A stretch of 63,707 nucleotides of DNA, filler included, from Octopus bimaculoides (Eukaryota): NCBI RefSeq assembly GCF_001194135.2. It is 8 parts of 8 records of this genome, joined end to end, with 100 filler letters (N's around TTAATTAATTAA, not from the genome) between each part and the next. Parts side by side here need not be neighbours in the genome. Positions count along the whole stretch, not along the records: positions 26,914 to 39,834 come from NC_068981.1; positions 39,935 to 49,314 come from NC_068987.1; 6 more parts are not named here. One strand, 5' to 3'. Within the stretch, counting starts at the first letter, position 1. Each line of letters opens with the position of its first letter. Of the stretch, positions 27,203 to 40,010 are shown piece after piece. The position numbers and the translations under genes are program-made. The notes under the pieces are model-generated. The model was not told where the DNA came from, made no database searches, and saw only the letters and a list, made by a program, of their open reading frames with translations.

Positions 27203-27232
<30 letters not shown>
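26914..27232 (+). mobile_element. R4/Dong-like LINE 3' end with (AAT)n tail
   Basis: IPIIVGALG...IQKIALLGTAHILRKTLSIQ*, then 3'UTR agagctgcgctcggtagtgaagtgaaagc and an AAT run; about 90% similar to 30750-31020. Confidence 0.9.
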
Positions 27233-27233
<1 letters not shown>

Positions 27234-27585
27234 CAAAACTAAGCGAGTAAACAGATATTGAAATAAAATTGGCAAAATGTGGAACCGCAATAATAAAACA
27301 ATAGCTGTTGTCATACGTGCATTACGAATGATAGTAAAAGGGGCTAATCCTACCTAGCTCAGATAACAGGAAACTACAGAATAGCATAAATTCAAAAGAT
27401 AGTGCATATTGGAACTGCCTATATCCTACGTAAAATACTCTCTGTGTAATCTCAAATTGTAAAACAAACTCATAATATCCGTATGTTTACTTGAACATTC
27501 TCTAGAACAATGCCATATGCAGTACCAAATATATGACACCCAAGGCATAACACCAACATGAACTTCTATCTTGTTGTCTCTTGAG
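27233..27585 (+). mobile_element. Older related RLE LINE 3' fragment
   Basis: Degenerate DIEIKIGKMW...AVVI.AL.MI...IAHIGTAYILRKILSV*-like reading across frameshifts. Confidence 0.6.
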
Positions 27586-27608
27586 GTCACAATAATAACA
27601 GTAATAAC

Positions 27609-27667
<59 letters not shown>

Positions 27668-27710
27668 CAACAACAACAACAGCAACAACAACAACAACAA
27701 AAACAACAAC

Positions 27711-29153
27711 CCCTATAACAACTGACGAGGTCACCCAAGCTCTGCTAAGACTAAGCAACTGAAAGGCACCTGGGCACGACAAGATCTCCAACTTCTGGTT
27801 AAAATATCTGACATGAATGCACAAAAAGCTGGCTGAAAACTTTAACAACATACTAGGAGAGCCAGAGACAATGCTTGAATGGCTCACGAAAGGGAAAACA
27901 ATCCTAATTCCCAAATCCATGGAAACGGCAAAACCACAAAACTACAGACCTATAACATACCTCCCGACAATCTACAAAGCCCTTACTGCAATAATATAGC
28001 AGAGATTGAGTAAGCACGTGGAAGATAACAACCTGTTTCCAGAAGAGCAGAAGGGATGCTGCAAGGGCTCATACGGCTGTAAAGATCAATTAATGATCAA
28101 TAAAGCCATAACTGAAGACAGCCGCAGAAAGAAGAAAGGCTTCAGTATGGCCTGGATCGACTACCGAAAGGTTTTTAATAGTGTTCCCCACGCGGGGATC
28201 CTCGAAACACTAGCCATAAACAAGGTAGCACCAATAATTATGAAATACATAAGACATTCTATGAATAAATGGAAGACAGTGCTACAGCTCCAAACAAAAG
28301 AGGGACTCGTGAAAACGAAAGCCATCCCCATTAGAAGAGGAATATTCCAGGGAGACACGCTCTCTCCACTCCTGTTCTGCTTGGCACAGACACCTTTAAC
28401 TAACTTGCTGAATAGAACTGGATGCAGATTCAAATGTTACGGCAAAACAGTCAGCCACCTTTTATATATGGATGACCTTAAACTATACGCTACAAATGAT
28501 AAACAGCTGGAAATATTACTACAAACAGTACAGGGATTTACCAAAGAATTAGAGATGGAATTTGGATTAGAAAAATGTGTCAACGCATCCCTGAAAAGAG
28601 GAAAACTAGTTAACAGTAGCAACATTACACTTGATAAAGCCAATGAAATAAGGGAATTAGAACAAAGCCAGATATACAACTATTTAAGAATCAATGAACT
28701 AGATAGGATACAACACACACAAATGAAAGAGAAAATAAAGAAAGAATACTATAGACGAGTTAGATCAATACTAAAAACAGAGCTCATTGCTAAAAACAAG
28801 ATAATAGGTATTAACACTTTAACCGTCCCAGTTATAAGTTACAGCTACAATATCCTTCTTAAATGAACTAAACAAAATAGGCAGGAAAACAAAAAAATAA
28901 TGACAGGATATAGGATACACCACACGAAATCTGACATAGAAAGGCTATATATATACCACGTACAGAAGGTGGTAGATGCCTTATACAGCTGGAAGACTAT
29001 TATGAAATAACCACCATAGGACTGCAAAAATACCTACTTCAGAAGCAAGGAGAACTAATACAAATAGCCACAAAACACGAGCAACAGAGAAAACTGTTTC
29101 AGTATTTAAGGAAGCTGACAAATACAAACAAGAAATCATACTACCTAGCAAAT

Positions 29154-29155
<2 letters not shown>
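27711..29155 (+). mobile_element. R4/Dong-like LINE reverse transcriptase (5'-truncated, few stops)
   Basis: KAPGHDKISNFWLK, NYRPITYLPTIYK, EEQKGC, AWIDYRK, RRGIFQGDTLSPLLF, SHLLYMDDLKLY, FGLEKC; begins directly after an (AAT/AAC)n run. Confidence 0.95.
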
Positions 29156-29226
<71 letters not shown>

Positions 29227-29229
29227 TAA

Positions 29230-29391
29230 ACACACGCCAGAAAAGGTCACAGAAAACGAGAAAGCAACCATACTCTGGGATATGCCAATACACACAGATA
29301 GAGAAATTAAGGCAAATAGACCAGATATAGTTGTCAAAGATCATGAAGAAAAAAAATGCTTTCTAATTGATGTATCAATACCAGCAGATGA
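29230..29391 (+). mobile_element. Further 5'-truncated R4/Dong-like copy (RLE domain), cut by gap
   Basis: Starts right after a long (TAA)n run: TILWDMPIHTDREIKANRPDIVVKD...LIDVSIPAD (PD-x12-D RLE motif); duplicates 30500-30660. Confidence 0.88.
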
Positions 29392-30270
29392 NNNNNNNNN
29401 NNNNNNNNNNNNNNNNNNNNNNNNNNNNNNNNNNNNNNNNNNNNNNNNNNNNNNNNNNNNNNNNNNNNNNNNNNNNNNNNNNNNNNNNNNNNNNNNNNNN
29501 NNNNNNNNNNNNNNNNNNNNNNNNNNNNNNNNNNNNNNNNNNNNNNNNNNNNNNNNNNNNNNNNNNNNNNNNNNNNNNNNNNNNNNNNNNNNNNNNNNNN
29601 NNNNNNNNNNNNNNNNNNNNNNNNNNNNNNNNNNNNNNNNNNNNNNNNNNNNNNNNNNNNNNNNNNNNNNNNNNNNNNNNNNNNNNNNNNNNNNNNNNNN
29701 NNNNNNNNNNNNNNNNNNNNNNNNNNNNNNNNNNNNNNNNNNNNNNNNNNNNNNNNNNNNNNNNNNNNNNNNNNNNNNNNNNNNNNNNNNNNNNNNNNNN
29801 NNNNNNNNNNNNNNNNNNNNNNNNNNNNNNNNNNNNNNNNNNNNNNNNNNNNNNNNNNNNNNNNNNNNNNNNNNNNNNNNNNNNNNNNNNNNNNNNNNNN
29901 NNNNNNNNNNNNNNNNNNNNNNNNNNNNNNNNNNNNNNNNNNNNNNNNNNNNNNNNNNNNNNNNNNNNNNNNNNNNNNNNNNNNNNNNNNNNNNNNNNNN
30001 NNNNNNNNNNNNNNNNNNNNNNNNNNNNNNNNNNNNNNNNNNNNNNNNNNNNNNNNNNNNNNNNNNNNNNNNNNNNNNNNNNNNNNNNNNNNNNNNNNNN
30101 NNNNNNNNNNNNNNNNNNNNNNNNNNNNNNNNNNNNNNNNNNNNNNNNNNNNNNNNNNNNNNNNNNNNNNNNNNNNNNNNNNNNNNNNNNNNNNNNNNNN
30201 NNNNNNNNNNNNNNNNNNNNNNNNNNNNNNNNNNNNNNNNNNNNNNNNNNNNNNNNNNNNNNNNNNNNNN

Positions 30271-31019
30271 ACAAGACCACCAGAAATTACCCACCATAAA
30301 TTATCAAAAACATATAATGAAAAGAAACATAACAAGTAACTGCAGAATATGTGGAGATGGACAAGAAACAATAAATCATATTATCTCTGACTGTCCAGTC
30401 CGGTTAAAAAGGAATATATTCACAGACACGACAGAGCTGGGACCTACATATACTGGAAGCTATGCCAACACTATGGAATAACAACAGAAAAAAGATGGCA
30501 CACGCCAGAACAGGTCACAGAAAACGAGAAAGCAACCATACTCTGAGATATGCCAATACACACAGATAGAGAAATTAAGGCCAACACGCCAGATATAGTT
30601 GTCAGAGGTCATGAACAAAAAAAAGGCTCTCTAATTGATGTATCAATACCAGCAGATGACAACGTTTCGCTAAAAGAAATGGAGAGACTTTCAAAATACA
30701 AAGACCTAGAAATAGAGGTAACTCGAATGTGGATTCTAATAACAGAAACAATTTCTATCATAGTAGGTGCCTTAGGTATATTTTAAAATAAGATATTCAG
30801 ACAAATACATAACAAAACACCAGGACTTACAAATATAAATAACATACAGAAAATTGCACTATTGGGCACTGCACACATCCTACGCAAAACACTTTCAATA
30901 CAGTAACCATAAGAGCATAACAGCAAACCACAGCACATACCAAGGCACACAGAGCTGCGCTCGGTAGTGAAGTGAAAGCACTCTATAAAAAAAAACTACT
31001 GAATAATATTATCAATAAC

Positions 31020-31052
<33 letters not shown>

Positions 31053-31053
31053 C

Positions 31054-31090
<37 letters not shown>
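30271..31090 (+). mobile_element. R4/Dong-like LINE C-terminus: CCHC knuckle, RLE, 3'UTR, (AAT)n tail
   Basis: CRICGDGQETINHIISDCP; PDIVV...LIDVSIPADDNV..KE.E..SKYKDLEIE; LGTAHILRKTLSIQ*. Confidence 0.95.
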
Positions 31091-31091
<1 letters not shown>

Positions 31092-31099
31092 GATTTGCT

Positions 31100-31449
31100 T
31101 TGACCCTAGGGTCAAGGGATGACCACGGTTAAGCAGAAGACAACGGACCATATTTTATTTTTGAAAGAATAATAATGTGAAAGAGGAAGAAAAAATAAAC
31201 AACTATGTCGATTTAAAGTGGGAAATAAGAAGTGTGAGGCCAATAAAGTGAGTTGACGTGATACCAGTAATAATTGCTTCACTTGGAAAAATCAACACTC
31301 ATCTAACAAAATGGTGGAAAAAGATCGGTGCAGGTGTGAATGTAGAACACCTACAAAGTGTTTCCTTAGTCTGCTGGGTGTGGACAGCTGACACCTTCCA
31401 TTATACGTAGCAAAATAAATAAGCTGTGCGATTTCATATAATGATAATC

Positions 31450-31496
<47 letters not shown>

Positions 31497-31500
31497 TATA
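31100..31500 (+). mobile_element. Second R4/Dong-like subfamily, 3' fragment with (TAA)n tail
   Basis: EEEKINNYVDLKWEIR..VDVIPVII; 3'UTR ttagtctgctgggtgtggacagctgacacc matches the minus-strand 58930-58960 region. Confidence 0.75.
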
Positions 31501-31504
31501 ATAG

Positions 31505-31640
31505 TTATAATCCTTTCTACTATAAGCACAAGGCCTGTTATTTGGGGGAGGGGAATAGTGCATTACACCTACTCCAGTACTCAACTGGTACTCATTTTAT
31601 AGAACCGAAAGTGATGAAACGTGAAGTTACCTTCACCAAA
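31505..31640 (-). mobile_element. Deu/Nin-core SINE 3' part
   Basis: tttctactataagcacaaggcct...cattacacctactccagtactcaactggtactcattttatagaaccgaaag. Confidence 0.75.
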
Positions 31641-34600
31641 ACTACTAATCCCCAATAAACAAAAACGACTATGGCTATTATATGTATCAATCAAATTAAT
31701 CATAAATTAGAAGAAAATAGCTTATATCTATATACTGATATGAATAAATGATAGCACTGATACTTGAGTGTATATTTATGTGCTTCGAGTGATGCCTGCT
31801 CACTTTACAAGAGAATATTGTATTAAAATTTAAACAATATTGTTTTTTTTATTAATATAAATACTATGTAGTTTTATGCATTTTCTCTATGAGAATATAC
31901 ATCTTCCAGAGGAATTATTTATAGTAGTATAGTAATTAAAATATATTGTCGCAGTCACGAGATTCCAGTTAGTGAGAAGTCAAGTTTGAGAGGTAATTAT
32001 CAAATAAAGTTAATGAATGTGTTATGGTTTTTATGTTATCAAACATTAATAAATATATTCGATGGCACTATTTATCATTTACATTGACATCAGCTGTCAG
32101 ATACAATTCTTTTGTAAGACAAAGCAATTATCCCACTCATATGATTGTGAACATGAGACAAAAGGGGGAAAATAGCGCCAAACTAATGTAAATACAATCC
32201 AATCTTCAACTGAGATGTGACCAAACGAGACACCAATTATAACAGCGGAAAATGATTAATATTTTATGAATATAAATAAATAAAACACAATATGTAAAGA
32301 AAATGACTTCGGATTCTAATAGGCTGATAATTGCCAAATTGTGAGATAGTATTTCATTCAAAACTGATTTAACCTCAAAGAGTAATGCCTACAAAAGTTT
32401 TCTGTTTCATCTCTAATTATAGGAAATCAACCATTAAATTACCGATCTGACGAACATAAAGTGGTCTCTGAGTACTAACTTTATTAGATATATACGTTCG
32501 ACATTTAATTACGACGTAAATTAAATGTAAAATTTGTCTGTGTAATATTTTATGCTTTTTCAAATTTAACTTAAATTATTTCTAATGTTTACTCATTTGC
32601 CGTGATCTGGTTGTAATGTAGATTATGCCAGGTACATGATACTTTAACTATATGTAAGCTTTCATATACATTGCTATTGTTTATTATTCTACGGGTGATA
32701 TTTCTTCATATTCGCTTTGCATTTGCTTAACCATGCGCTTATTTCAAGGCGTTCCCGCAGTGTCCATCTGGATGTTCGTTGGATATTCAACCCCATATCA
32801 TAAAATTTATTACTCTATTCTTATCTGAAAGACAGTATCTGAAAAACATTTGGAATAATATTTAGTGAAATGACAGATGAGTTTTCCAATATTAATATAG
32901 AAGAAAGATCTATTCAAATAGGAGGTTCCTGCCGTTATTTCTGCCATGGTATAAAAGCAACACAGAGAAAAGAAAGCCACGTGGTTACTTATGTAGTATT
33001 GACAATTCAATATTCGAAATTAAAATGTAACCACAATATTTGAAATCAGGAAAACAGCATAATTATGCATCATTTTGACAATATATTTCGGTTGAGAAAC
33101 TAACAAAGAAGGAACATATTAGGAGAAAATAGCAAATATTCGTGATACATCATGTTTGAAGCAACGAAATGTTTCCGAAAATAACGGATGTTAAATACAA
33201 TTGCTAAAATTATATATTTTGTTGCAGTAGTCAAAATTAGATTAATTATAAACAAAAAAATAAGAGAACCAACATAAAATGAATTAATATATTAATTAGC
33301 TTTCATAAAAATTAGAATTACAGAGCTTTGAACCCGAAAATTATGGAAAATAAAATAGACAGGGTAAACTTTTAAATAAGGCTGGTGAAACGTTAAGACC
33401 TTATTGATCGATAGAATAATTGGTATCTCTTCATATGTTAGTGTGTTACTGTGTGATTTGAGTGACTATTTAGCTGCTATTTATAGTAGGGTGATTGACT
33501 ACTTAACGAAACCTTCATTCATTACTGTTATGTTAAATATGAGTATTTAAACTGACATGGTGTATACAGTTATAATAACAATGATGAATTGTTTTCAGTA
33601 TCCAGAATGAAGTCGTTAATATCTTTCCAGTTTGTCAGCCTTTTATCATCAAAAGGGAATAAAGCAAGTGAAGTCTATGCTAGCGTTTTCTGTTGTATTC
33701 CACTAACAATTCCCGATTTATCTCTATTCTTTGGAAGCATTTTTGAAATAAAATATTTCATATGCGGTACCGCACATGAAAAAAGCTTCCCTGGTTTAAA
33801 TATCTCCTATAATTAAAAGTTCCACTGACAATAACGTAAACATTCTTCTCATTGTCTGGTAATAACAGGGCAAATGGTAGCGTCATGTTTATTTATTATT
33901 CATTTAATGGATACTGCATGACTTGATGGAATATTTGAATAGTGGAAAGAACTAACTATCATCAGCTCTTTTCAATCCATGTATCACAGATACACAGTGG
34001 CATACACACACACCCATAGATACATACACACACATACATACATACACACAAACATACATACGCATATATGTGTGTATGTATATATAGTTGTGTGTGTGTG
34101 TGTGTGTGTATGAATGTACACACACACATACACACATACACATATGCGCGAACAGATGTGCCTTTATTTTCTATTAGGAACATAATATATTGTACATTAT
34201 TAAGTCAAATAATGGGAATTCATATATAGATATCCATGAGAAAAACAAGACAAGATTGTCAACGTAAGAAGAAGCAATATTAAGTTCCAATCCTTCGAAA
34301 ACCTTGGGCTACCACTCCATAGTATTTTGGGACTGCATCATCCTCCGAAACTATGGATTGTTATTGCAAAATGAATGCCTTACCCTAATTCGTAATTAAC
34401 AGCGACACAAGTAAGCTTTACTCCTACAACATTACATTTTCTTTAATTCTCACAAGTAAGTCTTTGGTTGAGAGAAAATTACTTTTTGATTTTCGTATTA
34501 GGTCGGGAACATATAATTCTGATGCTAAAAATAAATTTTGGTTACTCTAGCACGGCGGTATTGCACAGTTGGATAATCGAGTTAATGTATGAAGTGAATG

Positions 34601-36282
34601 CACTTATTAACACATACATTAATCTGTATTGATATCCTATTGTCTGAAGATAGATACACTGTGTTCTTATCTACTAATGCTCTAGAGGTCCTTGATTTTA
34701 TTGTGTTTGACAATGTCAGAGAATTCAGCTCATTTAACTGATATAAAAATTAGTGGCATTAAACGATTTACAAACATTTTGTAAGCGTTAAGGACAATTT
34801 ACATGATCTCTCTTGACTATTACAAGGTTTATAGTAGTTTATCAGTTATCTTTTTATTAAAGACTAACTAAAATTGCTCTGCATTTTCTTATTGTCATTG
34901 TGTGTGATCTATTCAATACCTGACGGAACAACCAATTCTGGGATGTCAAAATATTGAAACTGTGTGTGTTGGGAACATTTTAAATTTACAGTTTTTGTGT
35001 AAAATGCAATATTTTGCGATAAATTCATGATGGAGAACAATGTTTATAACAAGTAATTATTTTAATTCTAATTAAACAAGGAGGCCTGTGCAGTAGTAGG
35101 TCCGACTATAAATGGTGGGAATTTCTTGCTGAAATCGATAGTACCATTTTAAGTAGTTCATAGAAAAGACTTTGTATAAAGCGGTCTAAAATAATAGTGA
35201 GCGCTTACTGATAGAACTCTTACTACTTTAATAATTCATCAGATCCATCAAAGCAGATAAGCGAAGAATCATAATAAACATATAGTTCACGTAACTGAAG
35301 AGATTAAGTACGAAAATATCAACGCTTGTTTCCTTTTCAAATGATTTGCTAGATCATGTTCAAATTTTATAGAGTGTAAATACATATAACCTTACACTCA
35401 AGATCAAATCAGACAAAATATAGAAATGAATAATTCTAAGAAAAACATCTGCACATAATATTTAGTGGTAAATCATGAAGCTCATTAACGACGCATAAAT
35501 ATTCAACAATATTGTATATGTATTATACAAATTTGCGTGAAACAAAGATTTTTCTCATACAATGAAAGTGGTGAGAGATCAAGTCAGGAACCACAGGATT
35601 TCGGAGAAAAGTTTTTAACTGTTTAATAAAATTGATACTCGATTTTTATAGACTCCGGTAAGGGCGGAATTTAAACAGTAGAAATAGAATACCAAAAATC
35701 ATAAAGTGACACTAAGCAGGTAGCAGAAATATTGGGGCTTTTCTATCATCGAATTCTTAAGCAATACAACACGGATATATTTGTTAGCTGTTTTAAACAA
35801 GCAATGAAAAATTGATGAAAAATTTAATTTCCAGATTGAAACCTCAACTAAATTTCCTCTTAAGGACAATCACCATTATTAATACAGAGCAAACACTCGG
35901 GGATATACTGGAAAACAAGATATGGATGTGATGGACAATTTATAGGTATGTATGACGTCGCATAAATTATTCATTTGCATATTTTTTTGTTTTACCAAAA
36001 ATAGAGGAAAGGGATACTTTTGTCGATACTTGCCTAGATAAGTGTTGGGGTGTGGGTGTGTGCTTATGTATGTATGGAAGTATGCATGTATGAACACACG
36101 TACAAATGTACACATGTATATGTTCATACATATATTAAAGTATTAGTTTGAAAGAGACAATTTCCAAGGTCAATAAAACTCCTCCTGAGAGCTGACACAT
36201 AGCTAAACACAGAGGGCACATATAAGTTATTATAAGGATGCAAACACATAACATACAAAAGCATATAAACACACACAATAGC

Positions 36283-36921
36283 GTAATTCTGTGACCGTAT
36301 CAAAGTCGAATAAGTAATGTTATAGATACACACAGATAAATTAAGAAATTCCAGCTGATTAGATAACAGTTCACAATAATCAAAGAACGAAGTCCTCAAA
36401 TGAATCCAATAAATTTCCGAAGAAGTGTGTAGGTAAGACATTTTGAATTTCAGTAATCTACATTTCCTTCATCAGAGGATATGTACGGATTTGGAACTTT
36501 TAATCAAAATCATAAAATTATTCGTGGGACCGTAATAATATGCTTAAGAATATACAGTAAATATATACAAGCATAAAAAAAAATTCATTAATTCCGGGAT
36601 TCCATGTCGTTCGGCGAATGTTCATAGTATATTCTTAAACATATTTTTACAATCCCATGAATAATCTTATGATTTCGTTTAAAAATTCCTATTTCGTACA
36701 TATTCTCTGATGAAGGAAATGTGGATTACGGAAGTTCAAAATGTCTTACTTAACACTTCTTTGTACATTCCCAGAAACGGCCTTAAGGCCCTTTCTATTT
36801 ATTGGATTCATTTGAGGACTTCCCTTTTGGATTATGAGATATTATCTCATCAGCTTGGACTTCTTAAGTTATCTGTATGTATTTATGCAATTATGCGACT
36901 TTGATTTGGGCACGGAATTAC
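36283..36921. repeat. Fold-back palindrome, about 250-bp diverged arms
   Basis: gaagtcctcaaatgaatccaataaat vs tttattggattcatttgaggacttc; gacattttgaatttcagtaatctacatttccttcatcagag vs ctctgatgaaggaaatgtggattacggaagttcaaaatgtc. Confidence 0.9.
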
Positions 36922-36934
36922 AATATTATATGTA

Positions 36935-39600
36935 CTAGTAAATCTACCCATCTTCGATGGAGGCATAAAGTGAGGGAAAGAAATCATGACAACAGTATGG
37001 TATTGAAAAATGTGTAAATGGATTTTAATATCAATATGATTATAAAACTTCTTTGTAGACGATATTTTGTGTGGTCGACACTAGTTTTCAAGTTACTAGT
37101 GTCCGTTGCTCTACTGATAGCGACGTATAGATGGCCGCGAGTAAAGATTGGAGTAGGTAAAAATACACCTACACGATCTAAAATCTGACCCTATGCCTTA
37201 TTTGCTGTGAATGAGAATGTTAGCTTTATAGGAAATTGCCTACGTCTTAATTGGAACGGAAACTGGTTACCGGTTGGTATAAGGAGTATCCGCGGAATAA
37301 ACAGGCGTTTATCATTGTGTGTGAGTGGGGGGGGGGGCAGTTGTAATCACTGTTTCGATATCACTGGTATTTAGTTCTGCTGCCGTGTATCTTGTTCCAT
37401 TGTAGTGTCAATTGGCTGTATCAAAATTCCTAAGGAGCATTATTGGACACTTTTTTTTTTCAATTTGATTTTATGGAGTGGCAATCCCTAAGGATTTAAG
37501 TTGTTCACGAAATCCTGTGGGTACTGGTGGTAGTTTTCGTCATCAATTGTATCCGAACTACAGTACTCTCCACTTTCCCCAGGGACGTTGCTAATCATGT
37601 GCTCATTCACACTGTTTACCACTTCATTGGTTGAGGCGATTACAGCTCGCGAACACAGCTATGTTGCGATTTTCTTGTTTTCACTAAAATAATTAAAGAC
37701 GAATTTGCATATTTCAGAAATAGATGACGTTTCGAGTACAAAATCTTGCTTAATTTGAATCACGTTCCTCGGTGTGTCTGAGAACGAACGTTGTCCGGAA
37801 CAGATGTCACATAGATAGGTTGCGAAAGTTGCATCTGAAGAAGATTGTACCCTCATGTTTTTCTTTAGACTCATCTCCGTCACAGACCTTCAGATGTACG
37901 ATGTTTTCGAGGTGGCTTGCACAATTCGGGCTCAACTACCACGTTTGAAGACAGCTAGTAACTCCTTTCAGTCGCCTCAAAAAAAAAAACAAAAAAACAC
38001 ATAGTCCTCCAAACAGGGATTCGTTCGCTCTGATATTGCGGTGGGAACGATCCAAGCATTCGTATATGAGCTTGTCATCATGGCTGACTTCATTGACAAT
38101 TATTCTGAAGAGTTGCGCAGTTGTATCCTGAGATGATAGGGGAGTTTTTTTTAAACTGTAGGATGCTTTTGGTGTATGAAAAATCCATACAACTGGCAGA
38201 ATGCTTCACTTGCAGAGATGTATCGAGCGTTTACGAAGTTTTCTATTTCGTTTAGTAACGGGAATTGGCTATCCTGTTTCCGATATTGAGAATGTGATTC
38301 TATCTTGCTCTTTTGTAATGTATTTGTATACGTACTTCACTGTTTGGACGAAGTGTACGACCTCGACGTTGATGTGGATGTTGTATTTTATTGTCAGATA
38401 TGTATTGTAAAGCACTGTCCAGGTATTGTCAACTTGTGAAGAAAATATGTGACTAAAACAGTGTATGTGACTAAAACATTCATCAGTGTAAATTGAAGAA
38501 AAAATCCCACCACAAAGTTTGTCTGACCATTAACATAAATATTATTAGTTCCACCGTATGCTGACCTTCTGCGATACGTCGGGTAGCTATCTCTCGGTAT
38601 ATAGGGAGCTGACTCGAAAGGTTTCGGAAAACTCCTTAGTACATCCGTGTATGGTTTACCATACATGGACTTCGGGGGTTGATAGCACCGCATGGACCAT
38701 GAATATAATGTGCCATTACTGATTTGAATAGTTTTGGGTTTCGGCGTTTGTCGGGTATTTCAGCACTCACTACTTTGTCAATGATCCGTTCTTTGCCATA
38801 TTCAGCGAGGGAAATGCTTACGAAAGCATTATTTTCCACATGTACTTGCACTTGTCTTGATTTTCGGCGAGCTAGAGTGTTCCTTATTTGTTCGGAAGCT
38901 CTCACATGAAGATTTTTGCATGTTACATGGCGGGCTAAAGTGTCCCTTCTCTGTTCCGAAGCTGTCACTTGATCATTTTTCCGTGTTATTTGGTGTGCTA
39001 GCGTTCCTACGTTCTCACTTCTGTATCACGGTGAGTTTTATGAGCTTCCGTAGCCCTATTATGTTGGGCTTGTCTGCATTAATTGTTAGATTGTATCTTA
39101 CTTTTTATAGCCTCAGATTTCCTGTAGTCCTACCACTTCCTGATTTCTGTTTGCAGGTCATAATGGCGCGGAACGAAAGAAAATTTAATAAAACCTTCCA
39201 CAACTTTATGCATACAATCGTTATTGACAAAGTTTATAGTAGTCATGCACCGATTAAAAATGTGCGAAAACCATCACAATCATTCATTAATAAGCTTTTG
39301 GCCTAATTCAGTGGAGAAGTAATTTGATTTACTTACCTTTGTGTCTTTTATTACGAGTTATGTCCTGTTAATCTTTATTGACTTTGTTTACGCCCGTAAA
39401 CTGAAAAATTACCTTCAATGTTCCCTAAATGATCAGAATTGTTCACATGTTCTTTCGTTAAACACCTACCAGATTACCTCTTTCTAATCCCCCAAAGCAT
39501 CGTGACCATTAGTCAAGCCGTTTGACCGTCAGGAGAGTACAGACAGAGGGTACAGACAGACAGAGGGTACGTCCATCAGACAATGATTATAGTATATGTA
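36935..39600 (-). mobile_element. Internally deleted Helitron (Rep fragment fused to PIF1 helicase C-terminus)
   Basis: 3' end: CCATC-GAA-GATGG hairpin then CTAG|T at 36935. Rep: IDKVVSAEIPD, HYIHGPCGAINP, YPTYRRR, NIHINVEV, KYVYKYITK, NARYISASEAF. Helicase: FGGL..GD, CPIMLLRNF, FIPRI, RRQFPIKLTF, GQILDRVG, LYVAISR. The 5' end near 39597 is approximate. Confidence 0.93.
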
Positions 39601-39799
39601 TGCTCTGATAGGTTATGTCTACGCATACTTATAATGTCTTATATATGCCCTTTGTGTTTAGGTATGTTTCGGCTTTGATGACGAGGACAATTGACCTTGG
39701 GACTTGTTTCTTTTAAATTAACACTTTAATCCCTCAATTAAATTGAGCCATACGCGGTTCTTTCTAAAAATGAATTGACTTCTATAAGGTTTTCATTAC

Positions 39800-39834
<35 letters not shown>

Positions 39835-39934
39835 NNNNNNNNNNNNNNNNNNNNNNNNNNNNNNNNNNNNNNNNNNNNTTAATTAATTAANNNNNNNNNN
39901 NNNNNNNNNNNNNNNNNNNNNNNNNNNNNNNNNN

Positions 39935-40010
<76 letters not shown>

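Noticed and set aside
33590-33830. Minus-strand LALFPFDDKR resembling the Polinton DNA polymerase B C-terminal motif
   Set aside because: Single short motif, in-frame stop just upstream, no other polB motifs nearby.
38857-39306. 149-aa plus-strand ORF
   Set aside because: Antisense to the Helitron interior; no recognisable domain.
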